Shown here one piece after another: positions 30,201 to 44,196 of a DNA stretch of 64,000 nucleotides. The notes under the pieces were generated by a model. The model was not told where the DNA came from. It saw nothing but the letters and a program-made list of their open reading frames with translations, and did no database searches. The translations under genes were made by a program, and so were the position numbers. Each line of letters begins with the position of its first letter. Position 1 is the first letter of the stretch. This stretch comes from Eledone cirrhosa (Eukaryota): NCBI GenBank assembly GCA_964016885.1, contig OZ024742.1, positions 111,104,001 through 111,168,000 of the forward strand, written 5' to 3'.

Positions 30201-33200
30201 ATATACAACCAAACCTAGACATTTACACATACAACCAAACCCAGACATCTATACAACCAAACCCAGACATCTACACATACAACCAAACCCAGACATCTAC
30301 ACATACAACCAAACCAAGACATCTACATATATAACCAAACCTAGACATCTACACATACATCCAAACCTAGTCATCTACACATACAACCAAACCAAGACAT
30401 CTACATATACAACCAAACCAAGACATCTACATATATAACCAAACCTAGACATATACACATACAACCAAACCCAGGCATCTACACATACAACCAAACCCAG
30501 ACATCTACACATACAACCAAACTCAGACATCTACATATACAACCAAACCCAGACATCTACACATACAACCAAACCCAGACATCTACATATACAACCAAAC
30601 CCAGACATCTACACATACAACCAAACCCAGACATCTACATATACAACCAAACCTAGACATCTACACATAGAACCAAACCCAGACATCTACATATACAACC
30701 AAACCTAGACATCTACACATACAACCAAACCAAGACATCTACATATACAACCAAACCCAGACATCTACATATACAACCAAACCTAGACATCTACACATAC
30801 AACCAAACCCAGACATCTACACATACAACCAAACCCAGACATCTACATATACAACCAAACCTAGACATCTACACATAAACCAAACCTAGACATCTACACA
30901 CATACAACAAAACCTAGACATCTACATATACAACCAAACTCAGACATCTACATATACAACCAAACCTAGACATTTACACATACAACCAAACTCAGACATC
31001 TAAACATACAACCAAACCTAGACATCTACACATATACAACCAAACCTAGACATCTACATATACAACCAAACCCACACATCTACACATACAACCAAACCTA
31101 GACATCTACACATACAACCAAACCTAGACATCTACACATACAACCAAACCCAGACATCTACATATACAACCAAACCTAGACATCTACACATACAACCAAA
31201 CCTAGACATCTACATATACAACCAAACCTAGACATCTACTTATACAAAAAAACCTAGACATCTACATATACAACAAACCTAGACATCTACTTATACAAAA
31301 ATCCCAGACATCTACACATACAACCAAACCCAGACATCTACACATACAACCAAACCCAGACATCTACACATACAACCAAACCCAGACATCTACACATACA
31401 ACCAAACTCAGACATCTACATATACAACCAAACCTAGACATCTACACATACAACCAAACCAAGACATCTACATATACAACCAAACCTAGACATCTACATA
31501 TATAACCAAACCTAGACATATACACATACAACCAAACCCAGACATCTACATATACAACCAAACCTAGACATCTACACATACAACCAAACCCAGACATCTA
31601 CACATACAACCAAACCCAGACATCTACATATACAACCAAACCTAGACATCTACACATAAACCAAACCTAGACATCTACACACATACAACAAAACCTAGAC
31701 ATCTACATATACAACCAAACTCAGACATCTACATATACAACCAAACCTAGACATTTACACATACAACCAAACTCAGACATCTAAACATACAACCAAACCC
31801 AGACATCTACATATACAACCAAACCTAGACATCTACACATACAACCAAACCTAGACATCTACATATACAACCAAACCTAGACATCTACTTATACAAAAAA
31901 ACCTAGACATCTACATATACAACAAACCTAGACATCTACTTATACAAAAATCCCAGACATCTACATATACAACCAAACCTAGACATCTACACATAAACCA
32001 AACCTAGACATCTACACACATACAACAAAACCTAGACATCTACATATACAACCAAACTCAGACATCTACATATACAACCAAACCTAGACATTTACACATA
32101 CAACCAAACTCAGACATCTAAACATACAACCAAACCTAGACATCTACACATATACAACCAAACCTAGACATCTACATATACAACCAAACCCACACATCTA
32201 CACATACAACCAAACCTAGACATCTACACATACAACCAAACCTAGACATCTACACATACAACCAAACCCAGACATCTACATATACAACAAAACCTAGACA
32301 TCTACACATACAACCAAACCAAGACATCTACATATACAACCAAACCTAGACATCTACACATACAACCAAACCTAGACATTTACACATACAACCAAACCTA
32401 GACATCTACACATACAACCAAACCCAGACATCTACATATACAACCAAACCTAGACATCTACACATACAACCAAACCCAGACATCTACATATACAACCAAA
32501 ACCAGACATCTACATATACAACCAAACCTAGACATCTACACATAAACCAAACCTAGACATCTACACACATACAACAAAACCTAGACATCTACACATACAA
32601 CCAAACTCAGACATCTACACATACAACGAAACCTAGACATCTACACATACAACCAAACCTAGACATCTACACATACAACCAAACCCAGACATCTACATAT
32701 ACAACCACACCTAGACATCTACATATACAACCAAACCTAGACATCTACTCATACAACCAAACCCAGACATCTACACATACAACCAAACCCAGACATCTAC
32801 ACATACAACCAAACCCAGACATCTACACATACAACCAAACCTAGACTTCTACATATACAACCAAACCCAGACATCTACATATACAACCAAACCTAGACAT
32901 CTACATATACAACCAAACCTAGACATCTACATATACAACCAAACCTAGACATGTACTTATACAACAAAACCCAGACATCTACTTATACAACCAAATCCAG
33001 ACATCTACACATACAACCAAACCCAGACATCTACATATACAACCAAACCTAGACATCTACATATACAACCAAACCTAATCATCTACTTATACAACCAAAC
33101 CCAGACATCTACACATACAACCAACCCAGACATCTACACATACAACCAAACCCAGACATCTACACATACAACCAAACCTAGACATCTACACATACAACCA

Positions 33201-36200
33201 AACCTAGACATCTACATATACAACCAAACCCAGACATCTACACATACCACCAAACCCAGACAACTACATATACAACCAAACCTAGACATCTACATATACA
33301 ACCAAACCCAGACGTCATAACACATACAACAAAACCTAGACATTTACACATACAACCAAACCTAGACATCTACACATACAACCAAACCCAGACATCTACA
33401 CATACAACCAAACCCAGACATCTACATATACAACCAAACCCAGACATCTACACATACAACCAAACCCAGACATCTACACATACAACCAAACCCAGACATC
33501 TACATATACAACCAAACCTAGACATCTACACATACAACCAAACCCAGACATCTACACATACAACCAAACCCAGACATCTACATATACAACCAAACCTAGA
33601 CATCTACACATAAACCAAACCTAGACATCTACACACATACAACAAAACCTAGACATCTACACATACAACCAAACTCAGACATCTACATATATAACCAAAC
33701 CCAGACATCTACATATACAACCAAACCCAGACAGCTACACACATACAACCAAACCTAGACATCTACACACATACAACCAAACCTAGACATTTACACATAC
33801 AACCAAACCTAGACATCTACACATACAACCAAACCCAGACATCTACACATACAACCAAACCCAGACATCTACATATACAACCAAACCTAGACATCTACAC
33901 ATACAACCAAACCCAGACATCTACATATACAACCAAACCTAGACATCTACACATACAACCAAACCTAGACATCTACACATAAACCAAACCTAGACATCTA
34001 CACATACAACCAAACCCAGACATCCCACATATACAACCAAAACCAGACGTCTACATATACAACCAAACCTAGACATCTACTCATACAACCAAACCCAGAC
34101 ATCTACACATACAACCAAACCCAGACATCTACATATACAACCAAACCTAGACATCTACACATAAACCAAACCTAGACATCTACACACATACAACAAAACC
34201 TAGACATCTACATATACAACCAAACTCAGACATCTACATATACAACCAAACCTAGACATTTACACATACAACCAAACTCAGACATCTAAACATACAACCA
34301 AACCTAGACATCTACACATATACAACCAAACCTAGACATCTACATATACAACCAAACCCACACATCTACACATACAACCAAACCTAGACATCTACACATA
34401 CAACCAAACCTAGACATCTACACATACAACCAAACCCAGACATCTACATATACAACCAAACCTAGACATCTACACATACAACCAAACCTAGACATCTACA
34501 TATACAACCAAACCTAGACATCTACTTATACAAAAAAACCTAGACATCTACATATACAACAAACCTAGACATCTACTTATACAAAAATCCCAGACATCTA
34601 CACATACAACCAAACCCAGACATCTACACATACAACCAAACCCAGACATCTACACATACAACCAAACCCAGACATCTACACATACAACCAAACTCAGACA
34701 TCTACATATACAACCAAACCTAGACATCTACACATACAACCAAACCAAGACATCTACATATACAACCAAACCTAGACATCTACATATATAACCAAACCTA
34801 GACATATACACATACAACCAAACCCAGACATCTACATATACAACCAAACCTAGACATCTACACATACAACCAAACCCAGACATCTACACATACAACCAAA
34901 CCCAGACATCTACATATACAACCAAACCTAGACATCTACACATAAACCAAACCTAGACATCTACACACATACAACAAAACCTAGACATCTACATATACAA
35001 CCAAACTCAGACATCTACATATACAACCAAACCTAGACATTTACACATACAACCAAACTCAGACATCTAAACATACAACCAAACCCAGACATCTACATAT
35101 ACAACCAAACCTAGACATCTACACATACAACCAAACCTAGACATCTACATATACAACCAAACCTAGACATCTACTTATACAAAAAAACCTAGACATCTAC
35201 ATATACAACAAACCTAGACATCTACTTATACAAAAATCCCAGACATCTACATATACAACCAAACCTAGACATCTACACATAAACCAAACCTAGACATCTA
35301 CACACATACAACAAAACCTAGACATCTACATATACAACCAAACTCAGACATCTACATATACAACCAAACCTAGACATTTACACATACAACCAAACTCAGA
35401 CATCTAAACATACAACCAAACCTAGACATCTACACATATACAACCAAACCTAGACATCTACATATACAACCAAACCCACACATCTACACATACAACCAAA
35501 CCTAGACATCTACACATACAACCAAACCTAGACATCTACACATACAACCAAACCCAGACATCTACATATACAACAAAACCTAGACATCTACACATACAAC
35601 CAAACCAAGACATCTACATATACAACCAAACCTAGACATCTACACATACAACCAAACCTAGACATTTACACATACAACCAAACCTAGACATCTACACATA
35701 CAACCAAACCCAGACATCTACATATACAACCAAACCTAGACATCTACACATACAACCAAACCCAGACATCTACATATACAACCAAAACCAGACATCTACA
35801 TATACAACCAAACCTAGACATCTACACATAAACCAAACCTAGACATCTACACACATACAACAAAACCTAGACATCTACACATACAACCAAACTCAGACAT
35901 CTACACATACAACGAAACCTAGACATCTACACATACAACCAAACCTAGACATCTACACATACAACCAAACCCAGACATCTACATATACAACCACACCTAG
36001 ACATCTACATATACAACCAAACCTAGACATTTACTCATACAACCAAACCCAGACATCTACACATACAACCAAACCCAGACATCTACACATACAACCAAAC
36101 CCAGACATCTACACATACAACCAAACCTAGACTTCTACATATACAACCAAACCCAGACATCTACATATACAACCAAACCTAGACATCTACATATACAACC

Positions 36201-37930
36201 AAACCTAGACATCTACATATACAACCAAACCTAGACATGTACTTATACAACCAAACCCAGACATCTACTTATACAACCAAACCCAGACATCTACACATAC
36301 AACCAAACCCAGACATCTACATATACAACCAAACCTAGACATCTACATATACAACCAAACCTAATCATCTACTTATACAACCAAACCCAGACATCTACAC
36401 ATACAACCAACCCAGACATCTACACATACAACCAAACCCAGACATCTACACATACAACCAAACCTAGACATCTACACATACAACCAAACCTAGACATCTA
36501 CATATACAACCAAACCCAGACATCTACACATACCACCAAACCCAGACAACTACATATACAACCAAACCTAGACATCTACATATACAACCAAACCCAGACG
36601 TCATAACACATACAACAAAACCTAGACATTTACACATACAACCAAACCTAGACATCTACACATACAACCAAACCCAGACATCTACACATACAACCAAACC
36701 CAGACATCTACATATACAACCAAACCCAGACATCTACACATACAACCAAACCCAGACATCTACACATACAACCAAACCCAGACATCTACATATACAACCA
36801 AACCTAGACATCTACACATACAACCAAACCCAGACATCTACACATACAACCAAACCCAGACATCTACATATACAACCAAACCTAGACATCTACACATAAA
36901 CCAAACCTAGACATCTACACACATACAACAAAACCTAGACATCTACACATACAACCAAACTCAGACATCTACATATATAACCAAACCCAGACATCTACAT
37001 ATACAACCAAACCCAGACAGCTACACACATACAACCAAACCTAGACATCTACACACATACAACCAAACCTAGACATTTACACATACAACCAAACCTAGAC
37101 ATCTACACATACAACCAAACCCAGACATCTACACATACAACCAAACCCAGACATCTACATATACAACCAAACCTAGACATCTACACATACAACCAAACCC
37201 AGACATCTACATATACAACCAAACCTAGACATCTACACATACAACCAAACCTAGACATCTACACATAAACCAAACCTAGACATCTACACACATACAACCA
37301 AACCCAGACATCTACACATACATCCAAACCCAGACATCTACATATACAACCAAACCTAGACATCTACACATACAACCAAACCCAGACATCCCACATATAC
37401 AACCAAAACCAGACGTCTACATATACAACCAAACCTAGACATCTACTCATACAACCACACCTAGACATCTACATATACAACCAAACCTAGACATCTACTC
37501 ATACAACCAAACCGAGACATCTACACATACAACCAAACCCAGGCATCTACACATACAACCAAACCCAGACATCTACACATACAACCAAACCTAGACTTCT
37601 ACATATACAACCAAACCCAGACATCTACATATACAACCAAACCTAGACATCTACATATACAACCAAACCTAGACATCTACATATACAGCCAAACCTAGAC
37701 ATGTACTTATACAACCAAACCCAGACATCTACTTATACAACCAAACCCAGACATCTACACATACAACCAAACCCAGACATCTACACATACAACCAAACCC
37801 AGACATCTACACATATACAACCAAACCTAGACATCTACACATACAACCAAACCTAGACATCTACATATACAACCAAACCCAGACATCTACACATACAACC
37901 AAACCCAGACATCTACATATACAACTAAAC
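15205..37930 (+). repeat. Satellite array, 26-bp monomer ACAACCAAACC(C/T)AGACATCTACA(C/T)AT, about 870 copies, with higher-order structure
   Basis: Directly visible tandem array of ~22.7 kb; rare monomer variants recur at ~650-bp and 2704-bp spacings. Confidence 0.99.
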
Positions 37931-38890
37931 TCTAGGTTTGGTTGTATGTGTAGATGTCTGGGTTTGGTTGTATAAGTAGATGTCTAGGTTTGGTTGTATG
38001 TGTAGATGTCTGGGTTTGGTTGTATATGTAGATGTCTAGGTTTGGTTGTATGTGTAGATGTCTGAATTTGGTTGTATGTGTAGATGTCTGGGTTTGGTTG
38101 TATAAGTAGATGTCTAGGTTTGGTTGTATGTGTAGATGTCTAGGTTTGGTTGTATGTGTAGATGTCTGGGTTTGGTTGTATGTGTAGATGTCTAGGTTTG
38201 GTTGTATGTGTAGATGTATGGGTTTGGTTGTATGTGTAGATGTCTGGGTTTGGTTGTATGTGTAGATGTCTAGGTTTGGTTGTATGTTTAGATGTCTGGG
38301 TTTGGTTGTATATGTAGATGTCTGGGTTTGGTTGTATATGTAGATGTCTGGGTTTGGTTGTATATGTAGATGTCTGGGTTTGGTTGTATGTGTGTAGATG
38401 TCTGAGTTTGGTTCTATAGATGTCTGGGTTTGGTTGTATGTGTGTAGATGTCTAGATTTGGTTGTATAGATGTCCTGGGTTTGGTTGTATATGTAAATCT
38501 CTAGGTTTGGTTATATATGTTGATGTCTGGGTTTAGTTGTATGTGTGTAGATGTCTGAGTTTGGTTCTATAGATGTCTGGGTTTGGTTGTATATGTGTAA
38601 ATGTCCAGGTTTGGTTATATATGTAGATGTCTGGGTTTGGTTGTATGTGTGTAGATGTCTAGGTTTGGTTGTATGTGTGTAGATGTCTAGGTTTGGTTGT
38701 ATATGTGTAGATGTCTAGGATTGGTTGTATGTGTAGATGTCTGGGTTGGTTGTATATGTAGATGTCTAGGTTTGGTTGTATATGTAAATCTCTGGGTTTG
38801 GTTGTATATGTGTAGAGGTCTGGGTTTGGTTGTATGTGTAGATGTCTGGGTTTGGTTGTATGTGTAGATGTCTGGGTTTGGTTGTATATG
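37931..38890 (-). repeat. Inverted block of the same 26-bp satellite (about 36 copies, more heterogeneous)
   Basis: Sequence switches at ...ACAACTAAAC|TCTAGGTTTGGTTGTATGTGTAGATGTC to the reverse complement of the monomer. Confidence 0.98.
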
Positions 38891-39400
38891 AAAACACCTC
38901 TTACAAAATCACCCAATTACAAAAAGTAAACGATAATCTAATTCGCTAAAAAAGATACTAATGAATGCAAAGCTGCAAACCGGAATTAAAGAATCTGAAG
39001 CCAAAAGATACAACCGTCCTAACTGCAGGATGTGCAACTATTTACAAGATCACGAATTTAACTCCAAAGAAGGTTACATTTTCAAATTTAAAATTGACTT
39101 CTCGGGCAATTCAGAAAACAATATATATTATAACATATAAAGGTTGCCAAACAGGATTAACACCCCGATGAAGAACATCAGTTCAGAGCTAGCATATTAG
39201 GGATCCATACACAAGAAAGAACCCTCTTAGGCAACAGATAGAGGAATGCAGAGGGCGAACTTTATCATATTTCAATGTGTTCCCATTTTAACAACGTTGT
39301 AAGTCAACATCACAGAAAAAGAACATTGGCAAAGTAAAGCCTTTTATGGATAAACGTAAGCCAAAGTTTTTTGATAGCTGGTCAGACGCGAGTTACATCC
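38891..39400 (+). mobile_element. Penelope-like element, degraded linker, Zn-knuckle and GIY-YIG endonuclease; right half of the element split by the satellite
   Basis: Manual translation: LQNHPITKSKR*SNSLKKILMNAK, YNRPNCRMCNY, IYIITYKGC[YIG region deleted]QTGLTPR*RTSVQS*HIRDPYTRKNPLRQQIEEC, FNVFPF. Confidence 0.82.
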
Positions 39401-39752
39401 TTCGAGAAGGGTTGCTTTGTTGGACGTAAGAGGCAAAGGTACAACAAGTTGCGCCCATTGCTTTAACAAAATCATTGACAATAATATCATTACAAATAGA
39501 AACTGAGAAAAAACTTTTAAAACGCTGGATAAGCGAAACTGGTCATCTACAAAAACTATTCTTTTTGATGCGACAAAAAAGGACTTGTTTTTTTGTGTAC
39601 TATACACATTGCATGAATATATAATAAATTAAAACGCAGCTGGTTTTTCAAATCTGTATTATCTTTCCTATATAACACGACGATTCGTACAGAAATGTTT
39701 AATCTTCCAACATTCTTTACACACACACCCAATATATATATATATTATATTC

Positions 39753-39839
<87 letters not shown>

Positions 39840-39841
39840 TC

Positions 39842-39909
<68 letters not shown>

Positions 39910-40199
39910 TCAGTTCTTTGAGGACACTTGCATGAATTTTGTAAAAGATGTATAGGTAATGAATGAAGAGTATTATTTTAAAAGCAACTGCCATGAGGAA
40001 TCTTGAGATTCTTCTTCTTGGCCCACCTTCTCAATAGATTCGCTCTCAACATCGATGACTGATCAGTGCGAGGTCTAATATGTCGACATGCCTAAATGAT
40101 TGCATTATTGCGATTTAACTCCATTTATCCCCCAAAAAATATTAGGGCATTTGTATAGGGATCTCAGGGGAAAAAGACACTGTCTATCGATCCATCGAT

Positions 40200-40900
40200 C
40201 CACATGTCCCAAGGAAAGGTGTTGTGTGCGATTTTGAGGTTTACGTACCAATTATAAACCTCTCGTCAATGCTCCCGCAATTTCGCGTTCACTGCTGCTA
40301 TCCGAGCCAAGAAATAGGCATACGAAGCTTTGATTGGAATTACGTCTTCCTTCGGCCACTCTGGAAGAAGCCGATGCGAAAGGCACGCAAAAAGTGTAAA
40401 GGTGTGACGGGTCAAGACGTGGGAGTACTTTTTGATTAAGCTGGAATCCAACTTTAGATCAGCAAATAAAGTATTCTGGTAGACCACCTACCGACTTCAT
40501 TATACGCTTCCCTCCACGCTTGCAGTCAGAAACACGTCTGGGGCTCTTACCTCTGATGAGAAGTGGACAGAATACTTTTCTGATTTCTTAAACCCGATCA
40601 CAACTTCTTGTGTATATGAGATGTATCTAGGAGCGAAGTAACTCAAATATGGCAAGGCCTCTGGAGATAATGGAATTCAGCTCGAGATGTTAAAGCCTTA
40701 AATTAGAGACATCATTTTCTGGTATTCTATATCTGATTCATCATGTGTGTCAGCCGGCCTGGATCATTGGAAATGTATCAAAGACTTGACAACTTGGAGT
40801 GATAATCCCAATATTATAAAATAAAGACAAGGAGAATTGCTCTAATTATAAGGGAGTCGCCTGTGTAAACATCCCCGATAACAGCTATGGTATATATGGA
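40200..40900 (+). mobile_element. Degraded RTE-like LINE fragment (linker and RT N-terminus)
   Basis: WTEYFSDFLNP, GKASGDNGIQLEMLK, DKENCSNYKGV; heavily frameshifted. Confidence 0.7.
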
Positions 40901-41042
40901 GAAGATACACGCACACACATATATATATATACGCACAAACACATACACAAACGCAGAAACAAACACACACACACACACACACACACATACACACACATAC
41001 ATAATATATATATATATATTTATATATATGTATATGTATTAT

Positions 41043-41262
41043 GTGAAGGCGTGTGGCTGAGTGGTTAGAGAATTGGATTCGCAATCGTAAGGTTGTGAGT
41101 TCGATTCCTGGACCAGGCGATGCGTTATGTCCTTGAGCAAGACACTTTATTTCACGTTGCTCCTTTTACCTGGAGTTGCGACCGATAGATAGTATTAGCA
41201 ATTGGAAAGACCAACGGAAACATTGTTCCCTCGGTCCGATTTGACGAAATTCGATCGTCTTC
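41043..41262 (+). mobile_element. tRNA-derived SINE (family A)
   Basis: Pol III A box TGGCTGAGTGG, B box GAGTTCGATTCC, then GTCCTTGAGCAAGACACTT; three copies in the window. Confidence 0.88.
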
Positions 41263-41280
41263 TATATGTATATATATATA

Positions 41281-41809
41281 TATCCTCATTTATACTTGTG
41301 TAGAAGTGAAACAGACAGCCTTATTCGTCTAGCTTAGTGTTATATATACGCGTTTATAATTCAACATAAAACAGAAATAAGATGACTATGAACGCACTAA
41401 TATTCTTTGAATTAACCAAATATTAACCACGTGTCGTGACGTTTCGTGTAGTGGGTAGAGGTAATAATTGAATGTCGATGATGATAATTTAGGAAACTAA
41501 ATACAAGTATCGCCAAACCCTTAAATTGCGAAGAAGGGATGCGTGATTTTATTTTAATTCTAATACATGTTAACCACCACTAACAGTAAGTAGTATTTTT
41601 CAAATTGCATATCATCGACATTGCTATTTCGCTGTTAATAAACAACGCTTTTCACGTCGCTCCACTTCTCATTGTACGCCGTCCAGCCCCAAGTGCATAT
41701 TTTTATTTTTTTCCCTGAAATTGCTTCTTTATAATAAACTTTCAATAATATTTTTCAAATTATTAACTTAATAAAAGTGGCCCCGGGTGCAATCGGGCTC
41801 AGCTGCTAG
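41281..41809 (+). mobile_element. Non-autonomous Helitron-like element (5' boundary uncertain)
   Basis: 3' end TTATTAACTTAATAAAAGTGGCCCCGGGTGCAATCGGGCTCAGCTGCTAG|T closely matches the 3' end of the autonomous Helitron at 5003-5065. Confidence 0.75.
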
Positions 41810-42505
41810 TATACATATAAGTTGAATGCACTAATGTATACATATATATATATATGTCTAAATTACAGAAATAGTTGCGAGAAATTTATACTTCGAATCC
41901 GTATCGCGTGAGTGGAATGACGGAAATGATACTCTTTCGCTATATATTTCCTGCTGCAATATCTCCTACTGGGATTCTCATTACACATCAGAAAAAAAGA
42001 TAGCTGATATATCTTTATAAATACACAAAGGAATTAATAAATGGCTTTATATGTTATTCCGGTTGCAATATTTGAAGATTGATAGACCATTACTGGCAAA
42101 AATTATTTACGTCTATGCTATAATGTGAAATGTTATTTATTAATTTGTATATAATGTTTGCGATTGAAGTATATGAACCTAATAACATAATTGTAAACTA
42201 CATAGAAAAATACATAAATCTATATATATTCAAATTTGCTATCATACATACACATACGTATGTGTATCTCTGTTGATTTAGAAAGTGGTGTATAGTCTAT
42301 GTTTCTTGTAGTTCTTGTAGCCATTCTAAGGTAGATAAATTCGATTCTGATGATAAATATTGAGATGCCGTTCATGATAACATACTACGACACATCCGTT
42401 CTAATAAGGAATACTGCGTGCAGGTATGCTCAGTTCAGGTTTTTGGTTAACTAATTTTTAAGAGGAGTAGATATTTGTGCATTTGTGGTGATGGGAACAT
42501 TTTAA

Positions 42506-42712
42506 TGTGGGTGAGTTTTAGAGAATTGCATTTGCAACCGTGAGGTTGTGAGTTCGATGCCTCGATCGGGCGATGCGTTATGTCCTTGAGCAAGACACTT
42601 TATTTCACGTTGCTACTTCTACCTGCAGTTGCGACCGATAGATAGTATTAGTAATTGGAAAGACCAGCGGAAACATTGTTAATTTGGTCCCATTAGACGA
42701 AAGTGGATCGAC
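42506..42712 (+). mobile_element. tRNA-derived SINE (family A), diverged copy
   Basis: Aligns by eye to 41043-41262. Confidence 0.85.
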
Positions 42713-42715
42713 TGT

Positions 42716-42801
<86 letters not shown>

Positions 42802-43166
42802 TATATATTAATTCGAGTATGTGTTGGTTGACAAACGACACTCCAGTATGCAGGGTAGGGAACTTGTCAAATAGTGCAGGTTAGTCTGTTTACTTCAGAG
42901 TATATTTATAAACATACAGTATAAGTCAACAGGTTAAAATTAAGAAAGCAATACCAAAATTCATTCCGGAACATATCTATTGAATCGAAATAACAGGAGT
43001 AAGCTTTATTTCATCTGCATGTTTTTTTCTGGGGCTGGAGTCTGTTCTAATTCTAGCTGTCTGATGTGGTCATACCTATTGCATAACACGGCTATCACCA
43101 AAATATGTATAATAGCGATTATGTATAAACGAATTTAATTTTAGCCTGTTGACGTATACTTCATGT

Positions 43167-43203
<37 letters not shown>

Positions 43204-43274
43204 TGTATGTATGTATGTATGTATGTATGTATGTATGTATATACATATACCCCCCTCTCACATATATAAGTATA

Positions 43275-43850
43275 CTAGCAGCAGGACCCGGCATTGCACC
43301 GAGTAGGAAACGCACATGCAAAGACTGAGGAATGTAGCTGTGTACCTTTTGAATGCTCTTATTCTCAGGGAATGATTGTTCATCTACTGAAAACGTAGAA
43401 CACCAGCAGGCCGAATCCAGAAGTAGTAGTGTCAGTGGGCTGATTGCGGAAATCCTGTATGCGAAAGGAGTAAGAAAGTGTTGTGGGGCGATGTATGTCG
43501 TAAGTCTGTTCACGAATTACGTCACGGATAGGGAACACACGTCAGTCTGAAGGAGCGACGTAGTCAATTGTATGAAAACCAAGTAGGGATGTACGTTTAA
43601 GTAGGGATATTGAGATGACGAAATCAGCGTGGCAACGCAGCTGCAGCAGAAGGGGGTCATAGTGCAATTAGCACAAACGCTAGGTGGCACTGGTTTACAC
43701 AGCAACAAAGGTGCCACAAAAGGGGTCACCGCGGGATAAATCCCAACCGCTGTTCGGCGTACTTGCACAGAGTGTTCATACTGCCGTGTAGGTGTAGAAA
43801 TACCAAATACGTGAGTCTTACAGTGTCAATAACACGTCAACGTACACAGG
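43275..43850 (-). mobile_element. Helitron-like 3' end and adjacent sequence (5' boundary unknown)
   Basis: Minus strand CTCGGTGCAATGCCGGGTCCTGCTGCTAG|TAT, i.e. hairpin plus CTAG, similar to the other two Helitron ends. Confidence 0.55.
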
Positions 43851-44196
43851 GCCCGGATTTGCGCGTGATGAAAGCACGAAACGTCAACAGGGCGCCGACA
43901 ACAGTTTTAAGGTCCTCCTCGTTTCCCCAATCTCTCCAAAATGGTCCTGCTTAAATAAACCAAATTTTTGACGAAATATTATACGCTACTTACGATGTTT
44001 AAGTAGCATTTATATTGAAAAGGAAAATAGCATGTAATGCCCAATGCTAATTCGTAAATTTCCTAGAAACCATTAATGGAATCGGAAATTGTTTTTGGCC
44101 ACAGCAATGCCAGGGGACTAACTAATGTGTGCTTAAAATCGGCTGGATTATCTTTAAGTTACGCCTCAAAAAAGCCTAAAAATGCCTAAAAAATGC

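Noticed and set aside
15205-38890. CRISPR array or coding repeat interpretation of the 26-bp array
   Set aside because: No unique spacers, no cas genes, eukaryotic context, and a 26-bp period with frequent TAG stops cannot keep a reading frame.
41043-41120. Genuine tRNA gene
   Set aside because: It has A/B boxes but continues into a SINE body present in three copies; no clean acceptor stem.
43005-43080. Minus-strand terminal exon YDHIRQLELEQTPAPEKNMQMK*
   Set aside because: Poor polypyrimidine tract, short, and no recognisable homology or partner exons.
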